Position numbers and translations under genes: made by a program. Positions 1 to 7,789 of a stretch of DNA of 63,864 nucleotides are shown here, piece by piece; positions within the stretch are counted from its first letter, which is position 1, and the number at the start of each line of letters is the position of its first letter. The notes under the pieces were generated by a model, which saw only the letters and a program-made list of their open reading frames with translations, searched no databases and had not been told where the DNA came from. This DNA is from an uncultured Planctomycetia bacterium. Its GTDB lineage: Bacteria > Omnitrophota > Gorgyraeia > Duberdicusellales > 4484-171. The stretch covers positions 1 to 63,864 of the forward strand of contig CAZABB010000007.1 in assembly GCA_964483625.1 (NCBI GenBank). Direction: 5' to 3'.

Positions 1-864
1 GAAACTCAGGCCAAAAATACCGCACATGATCGCCGCGCGTATACTGGCGACCGCCCCCCCTACCAGGACGACATAGAAAGCCAGCGCGCCCAGGGACAAT
101 ATGATACGCCGCCGGAACGATATCCCCAATATCTTCAACAGATACATCAGAATCCACATGACAAGCCCCATATGAAGACCGCTGATCGCCAAGAGATGAA
201 CAATCCCGGCCGATGAGAAACTGTCTCTCAACCCTCTGTTGAGAAACTCCCTTCTGCCTAAAAACACCGCCGACAGAAACGAACCGGCCGCCTCAGGTAA
301 ATATTTCCGGTACACCCCGATAACGCTCCGCGTAACTTCAGAAACGATATCCCTTACAAAGGAATCCGGCAATGTGCGTTGAGATGAATCCTTCGGTATC
401 CAGAGTTGATAGTACTCATAATCACGGTACCGGCGCAGAGATAATGTGCCTTCGGCCCGATAGCGATAGGGATATTGTTTTGGCAGGGAAGAAAAGTCAC
501 GTACCCGAGCCCGGATACGCACGGGATTTCCGTTTATTTCGTAGATATTGGCACGAAATGACTGCACCCGGTTCCGGGTGCGGACAATCGTCTTCACTCC
601 GAACGTACAGGTGTTCCTCTTTGCGAGGTGCTCATCAGGCGGGAAAGAAACCGAAGGCATTACCCACACCTGGGCTATAAAGGCAAAAAAAATCAGAATG
701 GATACTTCAAAAAGCCGCCAATGCTGCTTCCGGTAAGCCCAGAAGGACCCCAGAAACATCGAAACCGAACCCGATACGGCAAGAAAAAGGTTCCCCTGAA
801 CGATTCCCCATCCGGTCCCGAACAGGACACTTAAAAAACAAAAAAAAGGAAAAAATCCTCCCAT
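1..864 (-). CDS. comEC: DNA internalization competence protein ComEC/Rec2, N-terminal part (3' end lies beyond the left edge)
   Basis: Not in the ORF track because there is no stop in the window. My translation of the minus strand from ATG 864..862 is open for all 288 codons: MGGFFPFFCFLSVLFG..., then several hydrophobic helices. It continues ...RDSFSSAGIVHLLAISGLHMGLVMW...GGAVASIRAAIMCGIFGLSF, the ComEC competence-domain signature. It starts 6 nt after the comEA stop. Confidence 0.75.
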   Translation of the reverse strand, partial: MGGFFPFFCFLSVLFGTGWGIVQGNLFLAVSGSVSMFLGSFWAYRKQHWRLFEVSILIFFAFIAQVWVMPSVSFPPDEHLAKRNTCTFGVKTIVRTRNRVQSFRANIYEINGNPVRIRARVRDFSSLPKQYPYRYRAEGTLSLRRYRDYEYYQLWIPKDSSQRTLPDSFVRDIVSEVTRSVIGVYRKYLPEAAGSFLSAVFLGRREFLNRGLRDSFSSAGIVHLLAISGLHMGLVMWILMYLLKILGISFRRRIILSLGALAFYVVLVGGAVASIRAAIMCGIFGLSF

Positions 865-870
865 GGAAAA

Positions 871-1203
871 TCAGAACGTAATGTAATCGCGGATTGCAGC
901 AAGAGATTTCGGCCCGATACCCCTGATTTTGAGTAGTTCTTCGGCGTGATGAAACGGTCCGGCCTCACTACGATACCGAATAATTCTTTCGGCAATGACC
1001 TGACCAATCCCGGGAATAGACATCAATTCCTCAAGTGAAGCTTGATTCATATCGACCGGCTGCGGAGCATGGCTGACGGCGACGGAATTTTGAGAAAAAT
1101 TCGACGGATACTTCACCGGAAGAAGCCGGAGCAGAGCACCGGCCAAAAGCAGAGCGCCAATGATCAGAAGCAACTTTCTTTCTGAGTCAGTAAAAACCCT
1201 CAT
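871..1203 (-). CDS. comEA: ComEA-like helix-hairpin-helix DNA-binding competence protein
   Basis: N-terminal membrane anchor (LLLIIGALLLAGALL) plus C-terminal tandem HhH (LEELMSIPGIGQVIAERII; ELLKIRGIGPKSLAAI). The ORF-track start at 1329 lies inside leuS. The ATG at 1203 (MRVFTDSERK) overlaps the leuS TGA by 1 nt and is the likelier start. Confidence 0.75.
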   Translation of the reverse strand: MRVFTDSERKLLLIIGALLLAGALLRLLPVKYPSNFSQNSVAVSHAPQPVDMNQASLEELMSIPGIGQVIAERIIRYRSEAGPFHHAEELLKIRGIGPKSLAAIRDYITF

Positions 1204-3659
1204 CAAACGGTTACGATATTGAGGACCTTTCGATTTACATAAATGACATTCTTCGGAGGATGCCCTTTGAGGAAAGCCTGAACACGCTCCTGGGCTAAAG
1301 CGCGCTTTTCTATTTCCGTCTGATCCCAATCCACGTGTATCTTCAGCCGCATTCTTACCTTCCCGTCAACCAGAACCGGTATCTCTATCTCCTCTTCATG
1401 CAGGTATTCTTCTTTCACCTGAGGCCACCGATGATGAAAAATAGAATCGCCATTTCCCAGAAGCCGGTTGGCCTCTTCACTCAGATGAGGCGTAAAGGGA
1501 GCCAGAAGAGAAAAGATCGTCTCCAGGACTTGACCGAATACCGGTTTCCTTATGCTTCCCGTATCGAGAAGTTTATACAGATAATTCACCAATTCCATAA
1601 TTTTGCTGACTGCCGTATTGAACTGAAAATCTCCTTCCAAATCGCAGGTAACATCCCGAATCGTCGCATGGGCTTTTTTGAGCAACATTTTTTCCTGATC
1701 ATTCAGTTCTTTTACCTCAGCTGCTTTATACTCCTGCAATTGTTCAAGAAGCCTTAAAACCCGATTAATAAACCGCCAACACCCCAGAAGCCCTTCGTCC
1801 TGCCATTCCGCATCCCGCTGCGGCGGACCGATAAAAAGTATATACAGCCGCATGGTATCGGCGCCGTACTTATTGATAATATAATCGGGAGATATGACGT
1901 TCCCTTTTGATTTTGACATCTTGGCCCCATCTTTACAGATCATCCCCTGGGTAAACAGCCTTTCAAACGGCTCTTTAAAACCCACGATGTCCTGATCGTA
2001 AAGGAATTTCGTGATGAACCGGGAGTACATAAGATGAAGGATAGCGTGCTCTACTCCTCCGATATACTGATCGACCGGGAGCCAGCGATTCACCGGCGCG
2101 ACATCGAAGGGATTCTCCTCGGCCCGGGGAGAAATATACCGTAAGAAATACCAGCTCGAATCGACAAACGTATCCATAGTATCGGTCTCTCTCCTGGCCT
2201 GCTTGCCGCAGGCCGGACACCGCACCCGCAGGAATTCCTCTACATACGTAAGCGGCGACTGACCCGTGGGAAGAAATTCCACATCCTCCGGCAGGATAAC
2301 CGGCAGATCTCCTTCGGAAACGGCAATCTCACCACACCCGTCACAATACAGCATCGGAATAGGCGCACCCCAGTACCGTTGACGGGAAATAAGCCAATCT
2401 CTCAGGCGGAAATTCACCTGACGCCGTCCCTGGTTATTTTTTTCGAGAAAATCGGCGATTTTTTCCTTACCTTGCGAAGAATCCATGCCGGTATAGTCTC
2501 CCGAATTCACCATGATCCCCTCGCCCGTATACGCAGTTTCGACAGAGGCACTCTCTGAACGGGCAGATGGGTCACGAATCACCTCAACGACAGGCAATTC
2601 ATATTTTTTGGCAAACTCATAGTCACGCTGATCATGAGCCGGCACACACATAATTGCCCCGGTTCCGTATTCGGTAAGGATATAATTGGCAATCCATAAC
2701 GGAATCTTTTTGCCATTGACGGGATTGACAGCATGAGCATGAAGGAAGATCCCTTCCTTTTCGAAATTATCGACCAGCCGGGCTGAAAGAGGCTGATTCT
2801 TTATCTTATCGATAAATCGTTGCACGTTCTCTTTCTCGGGATGAGCCTTCACCAACCGTACCACGAGAGGATGATCCCAGCTTAACGCAATAAAGGTTGC
2901 CCCGAAAAGGGTATCCACCCGCGTGGTAAAACAATGAATCGTCTCCGACGTCTCAGGAATGACAAAATCAATCTCTACCCCTTGCGATTTACCGATCCAG
3001 TTCTGCTGCATAAGTTTTACTTTTTCCGGCCACTGAGCCAGGAGGCTGATATCTTCCAGCAATTTCTGGGCGTATTCGGTGATTTTAAAGAACCACTGAT
3101 TCAACTTCTTCTGTTCGACATCGGACTGGCAACGTTCACACTGGCCGGCAATTACCTGCTCATTGGCCAGTACCGTCTTGCAGGAAGGGCACCAGTTCGC
3201 ATAAGCTTCTTTCCGATACGCGAGCCCTTTTTTATATAACTGTAAAAAGATCCACTGAGTCCACCGGTAATAATCGGGTTTACAGGTCGTGATCTCCCGA
3301 TCCCAGTCATACCCGATGCCCCAACTGGTTAATTGCTGAGTGATCCGTTCGATATTACGAAATGTCCAGGTTTTAGGATGAATACTGTGTTTAATCGCCT
3401 GGTTTTCCGCCGGAAGCCCAAACGCGTCCCATCCCATCGGACTTAAGACGTTAAACCCGCACATAATCTTGTATCGCGCAACCGCATCCCCGATCACATA
3501 ATTACGAGCATGCCCTACGTGCAATTCACTGGAAGGATAGGGAAACATGACCAGACAATAATATTTCTCTTTTTTGGTATCGGAGGTATCAACTTTAAAC
3601 AAACCTATCTTATCCCAGTAAGCCTGCCATTTTTTGTCGGTATCGACAGAATAATTCAT
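1203..3659 (-). CDS. leuS: Leucine--tRNA ligase
   Basis: 818 aa with class I aaRS HIGH-type motif (PYPSSELHVGHARNY) and KMSKS (GAKMSKSKGNV). Typical LeuRS N-terminus (KWQAYWDKIGLFK) and a zinc-knuckle-like CPSC...CERC. The ATG overlaps the nfo stop (ATGA). Confidence 0.95.
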   Translation of the reverse strand: MNYSVDTDKKWQAYWDKIGLFKVDTSDTKKEKYYCLVMFPYPSSELHVGHARNYVIGDAVARYKIMCGFNVLSPMGWDAFGLPAENQAIKHSIHPKTWTFRNIERITQQLTSWGIGYDWDREITTCKPDYYRWTQWIFLQLYKKGLAYRKEAYANWCPSCKTVLANEQVIAGQCERCQSDVEQKKLNQWFFKITEYAQKLLEDISLLAQWPEKVKLMQQNWIGKSQGVEIDFVIPETSETIHCFTTRVDTLFGATFIALSWDHPLVVRLVKAHPEKENVQRFIDKIKNQPLSARLVDNFEKEGIFLHAHAVNPVNGKKIPLWIANYILTEYGTGAIMCVPAHDQRDYEFAKKYELPVVEVIRDPSARSESASVETAYTGEGIMVNSGDYTGMDSSQGKEKIADFLEKNNQGRRQVNFRLRDWLISRQRYWGAPIPMLYCDGCGEIAVSEGDLPVILPEDVEFLPTGQSPLTYVEEFLRVRCPACGKQARRETDTMDTFVDSSWYFLRYISPRAEENPFDVAPVNRWLPVDQYIGGVEHAILHLMYSRFITKFLYDQDIVGFKEPFERLFTQGMICKDGAKMSKSKGNVISPDYIINKYGADTMRLYILFIGPPQRDAEWQDEGLLGCWRFINRVLRLLEQLQEYKAAEVKELNDQEKMLLKKAHATIRDVTCDLEGDFQFNTAVSKIMELVNYLYKLLDTGSIRKPVFGQVLETIFSLLAPFTPHLSEEANRLLGNGDSIFHHRWPQVKEEYLHEEEIEIPVLVDGKVRMRLKIHVDWDQTEIEKRALAQERVQAFLKGHPPKNVIYVNRKVLNIVTV

Positions 3660-4504
3660 GTTCTATACAACCTTCTTACCGTTTCCAGATTCATCATATC
3701 GTCATCATCCTCCTTTTTCGGTGTTTCCAGAATAAACGTCAACTCACGCAACGCAGGATGATTGATCAGCGCCGAGAATCCTTCTTCTTTAATATTTCCT
3801 TCTCCGATATTGACATGACGATCTTTATGCGAACCGCACTCATCGGCAGTATCGTTCAAATGGATGACTTTTACCTTATCCAGCCCCACCGCCGCATCGA
3901 TATCAGCCAGAAGATGTTCCACTCCCTGCGGCTCACTGATTTTATATCCGGCGCTGAAAGCGTGCGCAGTATCCAGACATATACCCAGACGTTGCGGCGC
4001 ACCCAGAGCCTGCCAGATAGACCGGTAATGAGAAAAGGTGTGCCCCAGAGACGTCCCCATCCCGGCGGTATTTTCCAGAAGAATGTTTATCTTAAGATGA
4101 ACGGTCTCTTTAAGAACTTTCTTTAACGCTTTGACAACACGTTTCAAGCCCTTCTCCTCGGTCGTGCCTTTATGGCACCCCACGTGAATCACAAAATAAT
4201 CAGCATTGATTTTCTCGGCCTCGATGAGGTCAGCTATAAACTCTTTCGCTGTAATCCAGTGAAGGAACTTTTTAGGAGTGGCAAGGTTAAGCGTGTATGA
4301 AGCATGAATAATCAGCGGATGGATATCTGATTTAGCCAGTTTCGCGTTAAACAGGCTGATTTCATCCTTTTTCAAAGACCCGCGGCGAAATTTGCGGGGA
4401 TTACGGATGAAGATCTGCATCGTATTACATCTCAGGGCCGCTGCTCGATCAATTGCCTGATCAATTCCTCCCGCAATAGAAATTTGAACACCTAGCTTCA
4501 GCAA
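3656..4504 (-). CDS. nfo: Endonuclease IV (AP endonuclease family 2, TIM-barrel)
   Basis: 282 aa with metal-ligand blocks typical of Nfo: IIHASYTLNL, FVIHVGCH, ILLENTAG, ICLDTAHAF, VIHLND. TTG start at 4504. Confidence 0.85.
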   Translation of the reverse strand: MLKLGVQISIAGGIDQAIDRAAALRCNTMQIFIRNPRKFRRGSLKKDEISLFNAKLAKSDIHPLIIHASYTLNLATPKKFLHWITAKEFIADLIEAEKINADYFVIHVGCHKGTTEEKGLKRVVKALKKVLKETVHLKINILLENTAGMGTSLGHTFSHYRSIWQALGAPQRLGICLDTAHAFSAGYKISEPQGVEHLLADIDAAVGLDKVKVIHLNDTADECGSHKDRHVNIGEGNIKEEGFSALINHPALRELTFILETPKKEDDDDMMNLETVRRLYRT

Positions 4505-4523
4505 AGAGAACCTTTCTACTAAC

Positions 4524-4556
4524 GATTACAGTGGCTTAAACGGGATTACGGTGATT
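4524..4556. repeat. Two GATTAC(A/G)GTG boxes 20 bp apart (gattacagtggct at 4524, gattacggtgatt at 4544) in the nfo 5' region
   Basis: Read directly from the sequence. This is the same box as the 21-bp-phased array at 16160-16247. The second box runs into the 5-1-5 inverted repeat gtgat-t-atcac (4551-4561). Confidence 0.8.
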
Positions 4557-4676
4557 ATCACTTATCTGTGTATTTTCTCCTACCACCAAGTTGTTATCAA
4601 TAATAAAAGATAGATATATCATTCAACATTCCTACAATAAATAGTATTTTATCACGCGATACGCATTACGTCTTCA

Positions 4677-4700
4677 TGGTGCCGAGGGCGGGAATTGAAC
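4677..4700 (-). repeat. Exact 24-nt duplicate of the 3' end of tRNA-Leu(CAA) (T-loop half + acceptor 3' strand + CCA)
   Basis: tggtgccgagggcgggaattgaac occurs at 4677-4700 and at 4848-4871. The copies diverge at the 25th base. The copy at 4677 cannot form a T-stem, so it is a fragment rather than a gene. Confidence 0.9.
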
Positions 4701-4774
4701 TTCACTCCGCCGTAAGGCGGATGGCCGAAGGCCTTTTATGAAGTCCAAGTCTGCCTCCCGACTTTTCAGTCTAT

Positions 4775-4802
4775 AGTATATAGTCTTTAGTATATAGTCT
4801 TT
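4775..4802. repeat. 14-bp tandem repeat x2 (agtatatagtcttt)
   Basis: Read directly: 4775-4788 and 4789-4802 are identical, preceded by a partial unit agtctat. Confidence 0.9.
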
Positions 4803-4823
4803 TTCTCCTTCACGAACGTCTAG

Positions 4824-4844
4824 CGACCAACGACTAACGACTTA
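4824..4844. repeat. Heptanucleotide tandem repeat x3 (cgaccaa cgactaa cgactta)
   Basis: Read directly. It lies immediately 3' (in transcript sense) of tRNA-Leu. Confidence 0.85.
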
Positions 4845-4847
4845 TAA

Positions 4848-4934
4848 TGGTGCCGAGGGCGGGAATTGAACCCGCATGAAGTTGCCTTCACCGGTTTTTG
4901 AGACCGGCGCGTCTGCCAATTCCGCCACCTCGGC
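4848..4934 (-). tRNA. tRNA-Leu (anticodon CAA), class II with long variable arm, CCA encoded
   Basis: The reverse complement is GCCGAGGTGGCGGAATTGGCAGACGCGCCGGTCTCAAAAACCGGTGAAGGCAACTTCATGCGGGTTCAATTCCCGCCCTCGGCACCA. Acceptor GCCGAGG/CCTCGGC. Anticodon stem CCGGT/ACCGG with loop CTCAAAA. Variable arm GAAG-GCAA-CTTC. T arm GCGGG-TTCAATT-CCCGC. Confidence 0.92.
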
Positions 4935-4974
4935 AATAGCAGGTCACACGACACACGTAAAAATATAAAAAACA

Positions 4975-5047
4975 TGGAGCCGAGGGGATTTGAACCCCTG
5001 ACCTCTACGCTGCCAGCGTAGCATTCTCCCAGCTGAACTACGGCCCC
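4975..5047 (-). tRNA. tRNA-Ala (anticodon GGC), CCA not encoded
   Basis: The reverse complement is GGGGCCGTAGTTCAGCTGGGAGAATGCTACGCTGGCAGCGTAGAGGTCAGGGGTTCAAATCCCCTCGGCTCCA (73 nt). It has the G3:U70 Ala identity pair, anticodon stem CTACG/CGTAG with loop CTGGCAG, and T arm AGGGG-TTCAAAT-CCCCT. Confidence 0.92.
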
Positions 5048-5067
5048 AAAACTTTGCTTCGCAAAGT

Positions 5068-5102
5068 AAATCCCAAGCACCAATATCCAAATCCCAAACG
5101 AG
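5068..5102. repeat. Degenerate heptanucleotide tandem repeat x5 (aaatccc aagcacc aatatcc aaatccc aaacgag)
   Basis: Read directly; pattern AANNNCC with 7-bp phasing. It lies in the leader between the putative promoter and tRNA-Ala, next to the perfect hairpin actttgc-ttc-gcaaagt (5051-5067). Confidence 0.75.
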
Positions 5103-5124
5103 GATACCCTCGATAAAAGAAAAT

Positions 5125-5153
5125 ATACTACATTATTAAAGGGAAATTGTCAA
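5125..5153 (-). promoter_or_regulatory. Putative sigma70-type promoter for the tRNA-Ala/tRNA-Leu unit
   Basis: The minus strand reads TTGACA (5153..5148), a 17-nt spacer atttccctttaataatg, then TAGTAT (5130..5125). This is about 75 nt upstream of the tRNA-Ala 5' end. Sequence match only. Confidence 0.35.
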
Positions 5154-5271
5154 TTCGCACGTGTGACTATGTGACCTCCCCGCTCTATAGTGTTTGTATA
5201 CAGCGGGGTCCCGTTTGATATGAAAAATATCGGTACGGGATGTGTCTTTGTGACGATTTATAAACATTTTT

Positions 5272-7659
5272 TTAGAAATTGGCAGGATTTTTCTCAAAGG
5301 CACGCCGGAAAATTTCCACGTATTGAGGGCTAAATTGAGATCCGCTGTTCTTTACGATCTCACCGAGAGCTTCCTGCGGCGGGGTCCCCTTCTTATATCC
5401 CCTTCCGCAGGTAATGGCATCATAGGAATCGGCAATCGCCAGGATCTGCGCTCCTTCGGGTATCTTTTCACCACTTATCCCGTGAGGATATCCGGTCCCA
5501 TCCCAGCGTTCATGATGATAGAGAATCGTCTGAAGAAGATTCTCGAACGGTTTAAACGGCCTTAAAATATCGACCCCGGTTAAAGGATGTCGTTTGATCA
5601 GCGCGTAATCATCATCGGTTAACCGTTCTTTTTTATGGAGAATAAAATCGGGTATGCCGATCTTGCCGATATCATGTAAAAGAGCGGCTTTGTACAATAT
5701 GGCACATTCCTCTTCGCCCGCACCGGATTCTTGGGCGATGGCCACCGAGTAACGGGCAACCCGTTCGGAATGCCCTTCGGTATAGGTATCTTTTTCTTCC
5801 AGCGCCTTAATAAGACAACGAATGACTTCCAGGTACGACTTCTCTACATCTTTCTTCGCCTCGATTACCTCTTCAACCATCTGCTCTAATTCGCGATTTC
5901 GTTCTTTCAAGTCAACTTCGAGAAAATCCATGATATCCTGCCCCGACTCCTGTTGAGCTTCCTCCCAGATACGTTCCTGGACATCAGTAATAACCAGATC
6001 CTCTTCTCCGCCTTTAGGAAACTTCCGGATAAACTTTTCCATGGTGGAGATTACTTCTTTACTTTTCACTTTCTGCCCTTTGAGCTTGGCAATAAAAACC
6101 CCCTGAAGATTCACCTTGTATTTCTCTTTCTCGATTTCAAATTCCACTTGCCTTACCCCGGCAAGAAAATTTCGCGATAGTTCTTCAACGTAATCTTTTT
6201 CGGCACCCACAATCGTTAGGGCGATCACATCCTGAGCCAGACGGAAAAACATCACGTTTTTAAGCTTTTTCTCCCACTGCACACGGAAATAATGAGAGAA
6301 CGTCTGAATTAAAGACTGCAGCCGCTTGAAATGGAGCTCGAAAGAAAGCTTATTGTAATCGGTCAAACGAAACGCGCAGAAGATTACGGTTTTCGATGTG
6401 TCCTTAAAATCCTCATCGACTTTTGCCAGAAAATACCGGTAGGTATAGAATCTGGTAAGGGCATCACTGACCGCCAGATTTTTCAGTTTGTTTCTCATAT
6501 ACATAAGATACGTGTATTTATACACGTTTGAGACCAGATACGCCGAGACACAGAAATAAAACAGACTGAAATAATCAAATTGTATGCTTCTCGCCCGACC
6601 GTATAACGCCGCGAAGAACAGAACCAGCAAAAGAGAAACTGTGACCGCGCTGGCCCGAAGAAATCCCCAATGCTTATTGACAATAAGTATCCCCAACCCC
6701 AGCATAAAAAACGCCGCAACCGCCGGCCACCCGAGGACCGACACAAGAAAACGTTCCGTCAATATCATAACCAGGGCATTGGCGATAATGGTAACACCGG
6801 GATAAATCCCCAGGGGAGTAATATGCTCATCGTGAATGAGCGGATCGGTCGCGCCCACCAGAACAATCTTGTCCCGAAAATCTTCCGCATCAACTGCTCC
6901 TTCCAGGACAAGATAAGCGGGAATCTGCTTGAACTCCAGAGGATGCACCAGGTAATCAAGAGAAGCAATTCCTCCCGGTGAGGGGATAAACAGCTCATCC
7001 CCCAGATAGATGCCGCGGGAGGGCATAATACGAATCTCGTCTTCGGAGACATCCCGATACCGGGAAACTAAAGCGATATCGATGGACACATCGACCGGTC
7101 CGGTTTCCCGCTGGTAGAACGTACGGATATTACGTACCACGTTATATACATCACTGGTATTTTTCAAACCTGATCCCGAAGTGCTTTGCACGGGACGATT
7201 GACAAAACCAAGTCCGGCAACAGAATCACCGAACATATCCAGAGGCAGTTCTGAATTCTCCTGACGTAAAATATACCCCAGTACTACATTCTGGGTCCGG
7301 GCAAAGGTTTCGGCAAGAGCCTGATCGTCGGCAGGTTCAGTCGTCCCCGAAAAAATGATATCCAATCCGATCACGCGAGGCGAAAAGGAAGCGATCGTGT
7401 TGATCAGCTGCGCCGTGACGCTTCTTGGCCACGGCCATCGCTGTTTGAGCCGACGACGCGACTCTTCATCAATCGTAACAATAATGATATCCTGAGCCTG
7501 AGGCGGCTCCTCATTAAATAAGTAAAAAGAATGCGCCGCGAAGAAATCCTGAAGCTTCAGACGAAAAGGGTGAGAGAAATGGACGAAAAAAAGAAGATAC
7601 CAGAGGATTAAGATCAACCAGATAGAAAGAGGGTAGGTAAAATGTCTATCTTTTATCAC
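5272..7659 (-). CDS. CHASE2 sensor / degenerate GGDEF / HD-GYP domain protein (putative c-di-GMP phosphodiesterase)
   Basis: 795 aa. N-terminal TM followed by a periplasmic CHASE2-like region (IIIVTIDEES...WPWPR...VIGLDIIF), then a 3-4 TM block. The GGDEF-like region (DALTRFYTYRYF) lacks the GGDEF signature. The C-terminal HD-GYP has HSERVARY, LLHDIGKIGIPD and HHERWDGTGYPHG. Confidence 0.8.
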   Translation of the reverse strand: MIKDRHFTYPLSIWLILILWYLLFFVHFSHPFRLKLQDFFAAHSFYLFNEEPPQAQDIIIVTIDEESRRRLKQRWPWPRSVTAQLINTIASFSPRVIGLDIIFSGTTEPADDQALAETFARTQNVVLGYILRQENSELPLDMFGDSVAGLGFVNRPVQSTSGSGLKNTSDVYNVVRNIRTFYQRETGPVDVSIDIALVSRYRDVSEDEIRIMPSRGIYLGDELFIPSPGGIASLDYLVHPLEFKQIPAYLVLEGAVDAEDFRDKIVLVGATDPLIHDEHITPLGIYPGVTIIANALVMILTERFLVSVLGWPAVAAFFMLGLGILIVNKHWGFLRASAVTVSLLLVLFFAALYGRARSIQFDYFSLFYFCVSAYLVSNVYKYTYLMYMRNKLKNLAVSDALTRFYTYRYFLAKVDEDFKDTSKTVIFCAFRLTDYNKLSFELHFKRLQSLIQTFSHYFRVQWEKKLKNVMFFRLAQDVIALTIVGAEKDYVEELSRNFLAGVRQVEFEIEKEKYKVNLQGVFIAKLKGQKVKSKEVISTMEKFIRKFPKGGEEDLVITDVQERIWEEAQQESGQDIMDFLEVDLKERNRELEQMVEEVIEAKKDVEKSYLEVIRCLIKALEEKDTYTEGHSERVARYSVAIAQESGAGEEECAILYKAALLHDIGKIGIPDFILHKKERLTDDDYALIKRHPLTGVDILRPFKPFENLLQTILYHHERWDGTGYPHGISGEKIPEGAQILAIADSYDAITCGRGYKKGTPPQEALGEIVKNSGSQFSPQYVEIFRRAFEKNPANF

Positions 7660-7789
7660 TCAATTATGGGGCTGGTCGGATACATGGAATCACGCCCGTC
7701 TACTCATTCATTCTGCTTACGATTACCGCTGTTACCAGAGCCTTCCAAGAATTCCCCTCATTATCCATGTACCCTTCTCAAAATCAGCG

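Noticed and set aside
372-834. Three plus-strand ORFs (372-680, 548-736, 628-834; 62-102 aa)
   Set aside because: All lie antisense to an uninterrupted 288-codon minus-strand frame with clear ComEC motifs. Their products are low-complexity or Arg-rich with no recognisable features, so they are shadow ORFs.
871-1329. Long N-terminal extensions in the ORF track (871-1329, 24373-25971, 26623-27822, 37356-38267, 40950-42026, 45401-46720, 21578-22741, 35546-37390)
   Set aside because: The extended starts lie inside the upstream gene. Internal ATGs placed at or just after the upstream stop, several with visible RBS-like sequences, give N-termini typical of the families, so the shorter coordinates are reported.
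4677-4762. Possible second intact tRNA-Leu (86 nt ending in ...ggcacca)
   Set aside because: The 5' candidate acceptor gtcggga pairs only with wobbles and one mismatch. No D arm or anticodon arm can be drawn, and the T stem (tgaag versus cccgc) cannot pair. I treat it as a fragment or scar, not a gene.
4820-5083. 87-aa minus-strand ORF
   Set aside because: It is entirely composed of the tRNA-Leu and tRNA-Ala genes and their spacer. The cloverleaf structures explain the sequence.
5178-5208. Hairpins as intrinsic terminators: ccccgct-N17-agcgggg (5178-5208), gagggac...gtccctc (16261-16288), catcctgc-N12-gcaggatg (8915-8942)
   Set aside because: All are downstream of minus-strand stops, but none is followed by a U-tract on the minus strand. 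They may be structural or processing elements, but I cannot call them rho-independent terminators.
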